A DNA stretch of 63,698 nt, filler included, from Octopus bimaculoides (taxonomy: Eukaryota), in assembly GCF_001194135.2 (NCBI RefSeq). It is 9 parts of 8 records of this genome, joined end to end, with 100 filler letters (N's around TTAATTAATTAA, not from the genome) between each part and the next. Parts side by side here need not be neighbours in the genome. Positions count along the whole stretch, not along the records: positions 3,406 to 30,150 come from NC_068985.1; positions 30,251 to 36,073 come from NC_068982.1; 7 more parts are not named here. One strand, given 5' to 3'. The notes below the pieces were generated by a model. It did no database searches, was not told the DNA's origin, and was given only the letters and a program-made list of their open reading frames with translations. Of the stretch, positions 22,231 through 34,305 are shown in pieces. The position numbers were made by a program, and so were the translations under genes. How positions within the stretch are numbered: the stretch's first letter is position 1; each line of letters starts with the position of its first letter.

Positions 22231-25200
22231 ACCCTTTAGCATTTTAACTGGCCATGTCTTTTGCATACCTCTCGCACCCACTCTATGTCAATCTAAAAAT
22301 AAACAGTCACATCATCAAAATCCTGTAACTACAAGATAATGCATGATCAACTCAAAACAATGTGAACGAATAAAGTATTACATTCAACAGCCCCTCTAAT
22401 AGTTACTCCTTTTTGTGGTGGAGGGGCTTGTGTGGACCAATGATCCTGAGAACAATGCCATTGGATGTTCTAAACTCCTGTTAGGGCCACCCTTGATGGC
22501 AAGGCAAAGACGAGGACCCAGACTAAGCACAACCAACCCCAAAAGACCCCAATAGTGGAACAAGTAGATGATGATTACAACAGATCTCAACAGCTGAACC
22601 AGCAGATGAAGAGGGTTAGGCATGATGGACATGCAACAAAAGGCGCTACTTAAAACTGTAACTGAGTCAGCAGAAGTTGAAGTCCACCTTAAACATATTC
22701 ACATCATCAGTACTTTCTTCTACTCTGATTTTCTTTCACCTCCAACCAACACTTGCAAAACCCATCAGCAAGAGGGAATGGATGATGAGAGTAGGTGTTG
22801 GTGAAACTAGAAGCTTCTAGTCTTGAACTTGCATGCTGGTGGTCAATGTGTGATGATCACTCTCCTAAGATCCAGTGACTACTTAGGAGTCTGCTCCTGC
22901 ATTCATGCTAGTTTAAGAGTATCGATGACCATCTCAATTGAGGAAGGTCTTAGATAAGGTGGACTAAATATTGGAAGTCACTACCACTACCCAGCTGGGA
23001 AACCACACCTGATGGACCACTCATCTTGTGACTGAAACAACAAGAAAGTTAAGACTACCAATATGATCTTTGGAATGTGAGGTGTTAGAACTCTTCTTGA
23101 CATCGACAACAACAATAGGCCAGAAAGATGCACAGCTCTAGTCTCAAAAGATGTAGTTAGACTCAATGTGGATATTACAGCCCTGAGTGAAATACAGCTT
23201 TCAGGAGAAGGAAGAGAAACTCAAACAGACTGGTTCTGGCTATACAATCTTTTGGAAAGGCTAGGATGAAGAGGAGAGAAGACTCCAAGGGGTCAGTTTA
23301 GTTATTAAAACCTGCATCATACAAGACCCTCACTTGACACCAACTGCCATCAACAAATGATTAACGTCTCTTTGTTTACCATTTCCTAAAAATAATTACA
23401 TTGCTCATTTCTGCTTATGCTCCAACTCTTAATGCTGATGAAGAAATAAAGAACCAATTTTACCAACAACTAAGTGACATCATTGTCAACACACCACCAA
23501 AGGACAAACTTTTGTTACTAGGGAATTTCAATGCAAGGGCAGGAAAGGAGCATCACTTATGGGAAAATGTCACTGGTAAAGAAGGCATCAGGAAATTTCA
23601 ACTCCAATGAACATATGCTACTAGGTTTATGCATGGAACATAATTTATTCATCCTGAATACATACTTTTGACTTCCAACTCGCTTCAAGACCAAATGGAT
23701 GCACCCCTGATACAAACACTGGCATCTGACAGACTATGCTATCATACGACAACAAGACAAAAGAGACATCCTCATCACCAAGGTGGGCTTTAATGCTAAC
23801 GACTGCTGGACAAATCATTGCCTTGTCACCACACACATGGGAATTACCATTCATAAAAAACCAAGAATGCAACATCAACTACCATCTCATAGAAAATATA
23901 CATCTCACAACTCCAGGACCCTGACACTACAATCACCCTTGAAGCCAAAATAAGTCAGGTACTTAGTTTTAATCCAGTCAATGACCAATCTGTTGATGAA
24001 GAATGAAGAACCATTTGTGAAATAATCACAAAAAACAGCAAACACTGTCATCAGCTTTGCCAAGATCAAAAATCAGGATTCGTTTGATGAAACAATATTG
24101 AAATCAACAACCTGATTAAGGCAAAAAAAAGAATGTTCAACTGGCTCATGAACAGGACCGAAGATCCAAACTCGAAAAAAAAAAAAGAAGCATTTCTAGG
24201 ACTAAGAGAACTGCATAACATTTGGTGAAACAAAAAGCAGTCAAACTTCAGGGTTATGCAGATGCATGTGATCTCAGAAATTTCTATGCCAGAATGAAAC
24301 CACTATTTGGACCAGTTTGAATATCAATTTGATCCTTTCTAGCAGCTGTCAAGACGAACATCCTGACCAATCCACAAGACATACTCCTACACTGGAAGGA
24401 ACACTTTTCCACCCTCCTAAATATAGACAGCTGAGAACTTCCTGAGAAACATTCCAAAGCATTCTCCTCAATTGTGGATGAAAATGAGGCCTACTTTCTA
24501 AGAATTCAAGCAAGCTATGAAGCAGATGAGGTCTCAGGTCCAGGTAACATCCATTTTGAACTGGTCAAACATGGGCTTCCCTTACAAATATGTATCTTCA
24601 TCCTCATTCTGAAGATGTGGAAATCCCAACAAGTTCCCAAAGAAATGAAAGATACAACCATCATAATGATCTTCAAAAAGGTGACCAAAAAGCCTGCAGG
24701 AATTATAGAGGAATATCATTACTTTCCAGCATTAAAAAAGTCTTTAGCAGGAACCTTCTAAATCAGCTCCAGGCCATCACCAAAAAGATCCTACCTGAAT
24801 CTCAATGTGGATTTTGTACCTCTCATGGCACAATCAACATGATTTTCTGTGCAGGGTAACTCCAAGAGAAAAGCAAGGAACAACAAAACCCCTTTTCCTT
24901 AATTTCTATGACTTAGAAAAGGCCTTTGATAGTGTTTCAAGGGCTACTGTGTGGAAAGTTCTTCATTGTTTTGGATGTCCTGAACACTTTATCTTCTTGG
25001 TTCAAGCAATTCATGACAATATGTCAGGAAACACACTGTCAGAAGAATGTTCACTCTTGTAACACATCTCAGAACTTCAATATGTTGATAACAATGCTGC
25101 CTTCTGCTATTCAAAAGAAGAACTCCAACTGTCTGTGAGTATCTCTGATATACCTCTCAAACAAGTAGAGCATTTTCCGTATCTAGGTAGCATTTTATCA

Positions 25201-25832
25201 AACAAGTGCAACTGAGAAAAGGATGTGGAACACAGAATTGGAGCTGCACACAGGGCATTTGGAAAGCTAATCATATGGATCTTCAACAACAAATACATGA
25301 ACTTAACAACAAAAATTATGTTCTATAATGCTGTTGTTATTTTAACTTTTGCTATATGGCTGCAAAATCTGGACTCTATATCATCACAACATCCAGCAAA
25401 TACTTCATCAAATGGGAATACTATGTGATAACAACAAAGTCCTGGAAAGAGCCAACAATCAAAGCATTGAATTATGAAAGATGACCAGGACATGTAGAAA
25501 GAATGTAAAAGTCAAGGTTCCTATGTCAAGTCTTATTCAGCAAGCTCACTTCAAGGAAAAGACCATGAGGTTGCCCTCTTTAAAGATAAAAGGATCAACT
25601 CGAAACAACACTGAAAGCCACTGGAGTTGAGCCTAAACCATTTGAAACACAATCCTAAGATGTAATTAACCTCGTCCTCTACTAACATTACCATACAGTC
25701 TATGACATCAACTCTTCCATGCAAGAATTGGTCTACATAGTCATCAACACTTTCACCATAAAGGAAGTGATCAACAAAGAAGAAATTAAATTCTTGGATA
25801 CAAGATAAAGTCAATCTGAATGTTAAAGGTTT
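22231..25832. mobile_element. piggyBac-type MITE split by an RTE LINE insertion
   Basis: The left part TTAACCCTTTAGCATT...TTACATTCAACAG ends at 22390. The missing end AGTCAATCTGAATGTTAAAGG resumes at 25809. Confidence 0.6.
22391..25808 (+). mobile_element. Decayed RTE-clade (BovB/RTE-1-like) LINE: APE endonuclease plus RT with an internal deletion
   Basis: WNVR..LD..NNRPERCTALVSK, LISAYAPTLNADEEIKNQFY, LLLLGNFNAR, CRNYRGISLLS, LPESQCGF, FYDLEKAFDSVSR, ISELQYVDN, YLGSILS. Many stops and frameshifts. Confidence 0.9.
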
Positions 25833-26095
25833 TAAGATGTGAGATTTTCATGAAATATCAACAGAGATTTGACTAATTAGCTAAAATCACCTAATTTTTA
25901 TGTTTAAAAATGCAATATATTCTTTAAGAAGTAATGTTGTAACAATATTTCCTTGATATGTGTAGTGATTGCATTTTGGTGCTGTTGAAGGAATCTAGGT
26001 AATAATGTCTTGGTTAGAGGATATTTTTTTGCATGTCTTACACGAAAATATAGCTTGTGTGTTGCCATCCACACACAAACTATAGTTTCATGTAG

Positions 26096-26211
26096 ATGGA
26101 AGAATGAGAAGCATCGTCAGTATAGGAAATTTGTTAGAACTGTGAGTGAGCAAGAAATGATGCTAGAAAAAGATAAAGTTGGAAAAAGTGAAAAGAGACA
26201 GTCTGAGACAG
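26096..26211 (+). CDS. Candidate internal coding exon of an unidentified host gene
   Basis: Acceptor TTTCATGTAG| and strong donor CAG|GTAAGT. Open frame (R)WKNEKHRQYRKFVRTVSEQEMMLEKDKVGKSEKRQSET, with coding-like composition in an AT-rich, non-repeat context. Confidence 0.4.
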
Positions 26212-27072
26212 GTAAGTGCTAAAATCAAAATTGTTTTTCTGTTCATAAGAAATTAATTTACAAAATATAAATAACTAAATTTACAAAATATAAATGAAAA
26301 ATAATAAAATATATAAAATATGTAGCAAAACAAAGAAAATTTTAATATATATATATATTTACAAAATAAAAAAATCACCACCAACAAAAATATTTACAAA
26401 ATCACACTTCATCCCACCCAATATACAAACAAATTTTCTTATAAAAAATAACAAAACCAAAAGAAAAAATTAATAAAATGTCAACAAATTAAAAAAATTA
26501 ATAAAATGTCAACAAATTTAACAAAAAACTCAAATGAAAAATCATTAGAAAGTTTATCCTCAGCTTCAGAAACTTCTCCTTCGCCCACCAAAAATCAGCT
26601 TTTTAAAAAAAATTCTTCTGTGCTACTAGTTCTAGTCACTGAAACCAGAAAAAGCAAATGTAGCAACTGGGTACCTTTCTATAGTGTTGCTAGCTAGATG
26701 TTTTCCACCATGATGGATAAGTTCAATTAGGGGCTCTGTTAGTAGAAATAACTCAAAGCATCATTTCACTTTTGGTTTGTTGCTGACCAATTTCATTGAC
26801 TGATGTTTGCCAACCACAAGTTATATTAACTTTTGGTGCAAAAAAGTTTCCTGGATTCAGTTTGAATATATTTATACAAAAAGTTGATATAAGTTGTGAT
26901 TGGTTAACAATATCAGTCAGCAACAATAAGGGTGGCTGAAAGTCATGCTTTGAGCTACTCCTATTAATAAAACATCAAATTAATGACATCATCTCAATTA
27001 ATTTCACAGTGTAGTGGATGACATCTGGCAGGTGACATCGTAGAAAAGTACCCAATGTCTTTGTTGTTGTCT

Positions 27073-27111
<39 letters not shown>

Positions 27112-27233
27112 AACACACACGCACATCCTCTCATGTGTGCGTGTGTGTGTGTGTGCAGTCTCATCTTGAACTCAAAGGGAATTTGTAGGGGACTACAATG
27201 TGAATGCTATTTACTGGCCCCTTCACATAGCTG

Positions 27234-27285
<52 letters not shown>

Positions 27286-27574
27286 GGAAGAAATTGATCT
27301 CAGTACCTCTTTGGTACTTTATTCATCAATCACATGATTAAAAACAAAGTTAGTCAAAGCAGGGATTGAACTCAGAGTGAAAAAGAGCCAAAATAAATAC
27401 CACTTGCCTTTTAGTAAGAAAGGAAAGCAGAACCAGGACCTCCAAGACTAGCAGGAAGGAGGACGGAAGATTTCCTTAAGGCAATTGTCCTAAGTTCTTA
27501 CAATTTCGTTAGCTTGCCATTCTGGAATAGTACTTTTATAGTAGCCTGGAAAGAATGAAAGACATGCATGCAAT

Positions 27575-27730
27575 GGCTGTGTGGTTAAGAAGTTTGCTGC
27601 TCAACCATGGAATTTTTGGTTAAGACTCACTATGTAGCATGTTGGACAAGTGTCTGCTACTATATCTCCACACTGACCAAAGCCTTGTGAGTATATCTGA
27701 TAGATGGAAACTGAAAGAAACTTGACACTA
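27575..27730 (+). mobile_element. SINE family A
   Basis: GGCTGTGTGGTTAAGAAGTTTGCT...GACCAAAGCCTTGTGAGT...GATGGAAACTGAAAGAA. Confidence 0.75.
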
Positions 27731-27766
27731 AAATACACATACAAACACACACAATGCTTTCATGTG

Positions 27767-27825
<59 letters not shown>

Positions 27826-28634
27826 AATCTCATCTTGAACTTGAATGATAATTGTAAACAAGTGTCACTATCATACGACCAATGTCATTTGTTTCCAATA
27901 TTCCGTGAAAACATGTCCAGTCATGGAGAAATATTTTCTTGCTTGGAAAGAAGTGAGGGTTGACAACAGGAAGGGCATCCAACTTCAGCAAATTTTGTCT
28001 GAACACATGCAAGCATTGTAAAGTGGACGTTAAACAATGATGATATATATACTGTATCTAGGGTACGTTTTTTTTGTCTCATAGGTGATTAAATTCATTT
28101 GTGAATGTAAATGGGATGGCTGTTGAGCTTGATGATTCTGAGGTGAGGTTGAGGTGAGCTTAAGAAGTCCTGGGATCTCATAATTGCATCTGTCACCCAC
28201 ACATACATATATAAAATATGAATAAATACATACATTTACAAGTAAACACACATATACATACATAAAGTTTTATTTTTATAAAATTTGATTAATTGTTTTT
28301 GTTCATGATCCGTTCATTGATTCAAATAAATAATTAGCAATAATTTAAATTGGAATTAACAAAATACAAAAATAAAACACAAATACAAGAGTATTTCAGA
28401 TGAATGATGTCAAACATCTTCACCGTTTTAAGATTAAATCTCTAGAAGTAAGCAAAGACAAAGATATGACTGCTGCTAAAATTTTATGTAAGAATATTGT
28501 CATAATTAGTACTGCTAGAATAATTAATGCTGCTGGAATAACCTTTTCTATGACTTATTATATAATTTCTCTAAAAAATAACTAAACCACTATATATTTC
28601 AAGCAGAAAGGCCTATCAGAAGTGACTGGATTAA

Positions 28635-28805
28635 CCCCTAGCATTTAAACTAGCCAGATACAGCCTAAATATTCTACGTGTTTTATGTTTGAACCAGCCA
28701 AATCCTATCTCTCACACCTACCCTACAAGTATAATGCATGATTAATTCAAAACATTGTGAATAAATGAGTATTACATTTGACAGAGAAGTATGAATGCTA
28801 AAGAG
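28635..28805. mobile_element. piggyBac-type MITE
   Basis: TTAA|CCCCTAGCATTT ... AATGCTAAAGAG|TTAA. Confidence 0.7.
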
Positions 28806-29381
28806 TTAAAGAAATGTAAGTCTTACAGGCCTTTGTGTCTGAAATCTATAAAGATTACTCAATTTTCTCATTTCATTTTGTAAGAAGCTCTCCATTATTT
28901 ATCTTACTTCTGTATCACAATGCTTCAAGCAAACTACAATGCTCCTAAAACACTACATTTTAAACAGCTTTATCTCTGTCCATTATTAGCTGTTATGTTT
29001 GCTATGTTTGCTCAAAGTTAAACTGCTTAAAGTCTGAATTGATGCACAAACCTTTATTTCATATAAGGCTCCAATATTTTTTTTTTTTCTTTTCTGTATT
29101 TTCTATTTTATCAAGTGAGCTATAAGAGAACATTGTCTTGCTAACAAACCCCAGATTAAAAGATTTATGAGCTTAAATCCATCTTGAGCAACTATGATCA
29201 AACCATTCCAAATTGTAGTGCTTCACNNNNNNNNNNCATCACTTCTGCAGTGAACCATTTCTGATATTTCATCCTTAAAAAAAAAACAATACAACAAAAA
29301 CAGACAAATAGAAAAGATAAGTGTAATGGTTTGAAAGAGTTCATCCCAGCAGCAGGATATTATTATTAACATTATCATGTT

Positions 29382-29423
<42 letters not shown>

Positions 29424-29651
29424 AGGCAGTATGCCAGTAGAATCATTAATGAGTTGGTCAAAATGATTAGTGCTATTTCTTCTGACCCTTTATATTCTGA
29501 ATTCAAATTCTACTGAAGTTGACTTTTGTTCTTTCAGGGGTCAAATGAAATAAGTAGCAGTACAGAACTGGGGTTGATATAATTGATTTAGTCCCCCCAC
29601 CTACTAAAAGTTATGGCCTTGTGCCAAAATTTGAAGCCACTATTATTATTA

Positions 29652-30150
29652 TTAAGGCAACAAGCTGGCAGAATCATTAGCACATAGGCAAAATGCTTAG
29701 TGGCATTTCATCTGTCTTTATGTTCCAAGTTCAAATTCTGCCATGGTCAACTTTGCCTATCATCCTGTCAGGGTCGATAAACTAAGTATCAGCTACGCAC
29801 TGGGGTCGATGTAATCGACTAGACCCCTCCCCCAAAATTTCAGGTCTTGTGCCTATAGCAGAAAGGATTATTATTATTATTATTATTATTTGGCTGAATC
29901 CCTATAACATCAGGAAAATAAACTTTGCAGTATCTGTTCCAGCTTTTTGCATAGTGAATTCAAATCCAGCAGATTTGAATTCATCTTTGCCTATCATCCT
30001 TCTGGGATTGATGAATTAAAGTCTCAATTAATAATAATCCTTTCTACTATAGGCACAAGGCCAGCAATTTCGGAGTAGGAGGTATTTTAATTATATCGAC
30101 CCAAGTGCTCAACTGGTACTTATTTTACCAACTCTGAAAAGGATGAAAGG
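29652..30150. mobile_element. Inverted pair of SINE family B copies (plus 29652-29875, minus 30029-30150)
   Basis: The plus copy ends CTTGTGCCTATAGCAGAAAGGATTATT. The minus copy begins AATAATCCTTTCTACTATAGGCACAAGG. Confidence 0.8.
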
Positions 30151-30250
30151 NNNNNNNNNNNNNNNNNNNNNNNNNNNNNNNNNNNNNNNNNNNNTTAATT
30201 AATTAANNNNNNNNNNNNNNNNNNNNNNNNNNNNNNNNNNNNNNNNNNNN

Positions 30251-30525
30251 CGACAAGCTCGATGTGCTTTTGGCTAGACACTATGACGGTGACGTCGTCC
30301 GCGTATGCCGACACGCTCGTCCCGCATCCCAACTCTCGCGGGATGCCCCTCAGCGTCGCCAGCTTCCGCAGTAGTGGCTCGAGAGTCAACACGTACAGAA
30401 GCGACGAGAGGGGGCATCCCTGACGGACCGAATGTGCAATGTCGAAGGGTCTTGATAGATGCCCATTGACGCGAACTACCGAACGGATGCCTCTGTACAA
30501 GGCGGCCATCCAGCCGCCAACCAAA
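30251..30525 (-). mobile_element. L1/Tx1-clade reverse transcriptase fragment (uninterrupted, runs into a gap)
   Basis: WMAALYRGIRSVVRVNGHLSRPFDIAHSVRQGCPLSSLLYVLTLEPLL...SAYADDVTV (RQGCPLS and YADD motifs). Confidence 0.92.
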
Positions 30526-30978
30526 ACACTGACGACGATGAAAACGAAGAGCAGGAGGCGGAGGAAGAGGAGGAGGGGAAGGCAAATAGTAATAACTAGT
30601 AGAAAGAGTTTTATATGGTAATAACATGTTAAAATCGGATCCATTCTTTTAAAGGGTTTCTTAGGCCTATATGTTTGCTTCTCTTTTCGCTCAGACAACA
30701 CTAATATAATTTTTACAATTGTTAACATAATGAGATGCCACTGACCACTGCAAGATATTTCTCTTAGCTCATTTTGGTTTAAATTATGCAAATTTGTTTT
30801 TGTTTGTTTTGTTTTTGTTTTTTGTTTTTTTTTTTGTTTTTGTATAAGTCTCTCGGCTACAGGAAATAAGATCGGACAACTATTTTACTGATAACGTTTA
30901 TTGAGGCAGAAACACAGACGGTTCGATGAAGTCTAAGCAGGCTGAAACTTCGAAATCACATTATTCTTGTTAAAGAAT

Positions 30979-31010
<32 letters not shown>

Positions 31011-31219
31011 TATNNNNNNNNNNNNNNNNNNNNNNNNNNNNNNNNNNNNNNNNNNNNNNNNNNNNNNNNNNNNNNNNNNNNNNNNNNNNNNNNNNNNNNN
31101 NNNNNNNNNNNNNNNNNNNNNNNNNNNNNNNNNNNNNNNNNNNNNNNNNNNNNNNNNNNNNNNNNNNNNNNNNNNNNNNNNNNNNNNNNNNNNNNATTCT
31201 TTTATTCTTTTATTGGTTT

Positions 31220-31330
31220 CAGTCATTTGACTGCGGCCGTGTTGGCATGTTGGAGCACTGCCTTTAGTCGAATAAATCAACCCCAGGACTTATTCTTTGT
31301 AAGCCTAGTACTTATTCTATCGGTCTCGCT
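31220..31330 (+). mobile_element. SINE family C (truncated by the palindromic element)
   Basis: GTCATTTGACTGCGGCCG...GGAGCACTGCCTTTAGTCG...CCCCAGGACTTATTCTTTGTAAGCCTAGTACTTATTCTATCGGTCTC. Confidence 0.8.
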
Positions 31331-31446
31331 GCAGAAGACATCACAAAAACTGTTACTCAGAGTTTTACGTTCCCGTTCGCCGGGAGCGTAAAATTCGACG
31401 AACGGGAACGTGGAACTCTGAGTAACAGTTTTGTGATGTCTTTGCA
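31330..31446. repeat. Near-perfect hairpin (~44-bp arms, ~19-nt loop); likely an internally deleted MITE
   Basis: AAGACATCACAAAAACTGTTACTCAGAGTTTTACGTTCCCGTTCG / CGAACGGGAACGTGGAACTCTGAGTAACAGTTTTGTGATGTCTT. Confidence 0.9.
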
Positions 31447-32141
31447 GATTTATTAATAAAGCATATTACTCTACCTCCCGTATTCGAGTACAATTTTTTT
31501 CCACCTTGTTGCACATTTATGTGCTTACTCTGGTGTGTGTGGGGGTGTATATATTGTATGTATATCTGCGCTTGTACGTTTATATTTGTATGTATATGCA
31601 TGTGTGTGAGCGTATGCGTTTATATATATATTTATACACACACAAACATACATGTGCATGTGTGTATATATACGTATAAATATATATTTATATTGTGTGT
31701 GTTGTGTGTGCATGTATGTTTGAGCGTGTCTACGTGTGTGCCTCTGTGTGTGTGTGCACGCAAGCGTGTGTGTGTGTGTTTGTGTGTGTGTGTTGGTATT
31801 AAGACATGCATTGGTGCATTGTTGGGTGAAAGAGAGAGACGTGGGAAGGGAGATCAGAGAAGGGTAGGGTGTACATATGTATTTATGTCCACCTCCGTAA
31901 ACAGGACACTATCAATGTAATCAACAGGAAGTGTAGCTAAATGTTGATGGGATTGAATGGCGGAAATTAAATATTGAACGCAAAAGAATTATGCAGAAGT
32001 TCCCTCCTACCACCAAGGGAGGTCACGGCAAGGCTTGTCCCATGATTAAACAGACTCCTATCAGTTCAGAAGATGATTAAGAGTTTTCTGGACGAGATCA
32101 AGAAACAGTGAGGGAAGCGGTACTAATTCACGTTGCAAGAT

Positions 32142-32208
<67 letters not shown>

Positions 32209-32666
32209 CAGTGAGGGTGGGGTGGTATTCGATCAAGCGTCACATAAATGATTATGGTCACTTCACATCTATCCCAGACTGCATACTCATCATTGTTCTG
32301 GATTCACATATGGCTGATAAGAATAATTTACATCTTCGAATATCTGCTTCCCTTAAGAGACTTGATATCTGTGAGAGACAGCATCTCTGAAACAAGGAGT
32401 ACAGTATTTATATACCTTACTCATGGTTTTAATTTCGACTGATTCCTTGTCTCTGAGGAAGTGACTCTCCATCTTGAATAAGAAACTGGCCATCCCGCCA
32501 GAATGATTCTGGATTGAGAGTCAACTGCAACCATCCAGTATATATCGTACACTTTCTCACCTTCCGTCTACCTTACACATCACAAAAATTATTAAACCTT
32601 TGTCCAAGAAATACTGTCAATAGACTATAATACGGGATAACAGCGCTAAGTAGTGATGTGTATAAA

Positions 32667-33011
32667 TACAAACTTGTTACCAGTTCAAATGTATATTCGA
32701 GTCTGTAAGGAAGTTTTCACGATGTTTTGTCATGGAGAACATTTCTCACTGTTGACAAATGGATGTGAATACGCTGAATCAGTTCACAGTGTCGCCCTTA
32801 TTTTCGGTGAGCCGCCAATTTGTGCTACCAGTCATTGAATGATGGTGGGAATGTCATAAGAGAGATACGGTCGCTACTCAGCTCGCAACGCCGTCTTGTC
32901 TGGGTTCTGTGGCTGAAGGGGAGATAACTACTGCGAAAGGCAATGCATCTTACAGTCTGGTCAGGTGGCACTGCGAGCCTCAAGCATATTTGAACTGGTA
33001 ACAAGTTTGTA
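32667..33011. mobile_element. 345-bp MITE-like element with 24-bp perfect inverted repeats
   Basis: TACAAACTTGTTACCAGTTCAAAT (32667-32690) and its exact reverse complement (32988-33011). Confidence 0.75.
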
Positions 33012-33089
33012 ACCATCTGTAGAATCTTCCAACATTCCACAGTTTAATATTAATCTTTTGAAACAAAAACGCGGAACTGTAGCATTCCA

Positions 33090-33390
33090 TCAGATATGAT
33101 CTATCCATCCATCTCCGCCGACTAGTCTTGGGAGGGCTGTGGTTATGGAGTCCTCATGCACCTCCTACATAGAGTTTTATCAGAAGCAACTGTCATCAAA
33201 TTTTCCAAGTAGATTCTCGAGCGAGACCAACTGAACCTCTGGATATTATCCAACCATCTCATTCTTGGTCTGCCAGTAGGTCACCTGCTGATCAGCTCGG
33301 CTTGAAGAGTCGGTCTTGCGATTCTTTCTTATAACATTCTAATCACATGTCCGCAGTACCAGAGCTATGACCTCTCAATGTGGAAAAGAA
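33090..33390 (-). mobile_element. RTE-like LINE 3' end fragment
   Basis: Minus-strand LWYCGHVIRML.ERIARP...PTGRPRMRWLDNI followed by a (GGAT)n-like tail. Confidence 0.75.
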
Positions 33391-33499
33391 TAGTCTACTA
33401 GATTTCATTACCTGAAAAGAAAAGGAATGCTGTTCAAATTATCCCTTAATGACTATAGCTATTACTTAATTGATATATAATTATATTATAACAAAACTA

Positions 33500-33960
33500 T
33501 ATAGTGATATAACTATAAATGTTAAACACACAGTCTAAACATTTGTGAACACACAAATGCACAATGTAAATACTACCTAACGCAGCTTAAACGATGCCTA
33601 AACGCGAAACCTAAACACAAACTAAACAGACTTAAACACTGCCTAAACACAATATAAAGACGCAATCTAAACATTACCTAAATACAAAACCAAAATACTA
33701 CATAAACGCACAACTTAAACATTGCCTAAGCACATAAACAGTACCTAAATCCAAAACCTAAACGCAACATAAAAACAGGCTAGCTGTTTTTGGTAGTGTT
33801 TAGATAGTGTTTAGATTGTGTTTAGGCTACCTAAACACATAGCCTAAATGCAATTCAAGCACACTGCCTATACAGACAACCTAAACATCTAAATCCAACG
33901 CTACCTAAATGCAATCTAAATGCGCATCCTAAGCACGAAACCTAAATACAACTTACCAGA
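33500..33960. repeat. Degenerate ~18-20 bp tandem array (CCTAAAC-ACAA) with an internal inverted block
   Basis: Recurrent CCTAAAC/CTAAAC motifs; GTGTTTAG copies in the opposite orientation at ~33783-33825. Confidence 0.7.
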
Positions 33961-34124
33961 CATAACCAGAGACTAACTAATAAAAAGACCCAGGATGGAT
34001 TATGGTCGGCCTTTCTGGTCCCTAATCTCTCCACAACAAATTGTAAAACATCCTACATTGTAGACAGGTCACACTCAGAGACCACAATGAAACAACATTC
34101 AATATGAGAGTCCATCTCTTTAGT

Positions 34125-34305
34125 ACGCCGGGCGAAATGCTTAGCGGCATTTCGTCCGTCTTTATGTTCTGAGTTCAAATTCCGCCGAGGGCGAATTTGC
34201 CTTTCATCCTTTCAGGGTCGATAAAATAAATACCAGTTGATCACTGAGGTCGATGTAATTGACTTACCCACTCCCCCGAACTCGCTAGCTTTGTGTCGAA
34301 ATTTA
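34125..34305 (+). mobile_element. SINE family B
   Basis: CGCCGGGCGAAATGCTTAGCGGCATTTCGTCCG...GTTCTGAGTTCAAATTCCGCCGAGG...GGTCGATGTAATTGAC. Confidence 0.85.

Noticed and set aside
28400-28447. Possible 48-nt exon MNDVKHLHRFKIKSLE with GTAAGC donor
   Set aside because: Weak polypyrimidine tract, and the phase is incompatible with the 26096-26211 candidate.
30923-30955. Hammerhead-like remnant (CGATGA-AGTCT...AGGCT-GAAAC)
   Set aside because: The core lacks CUG, and there is no proper stem III or NUH.
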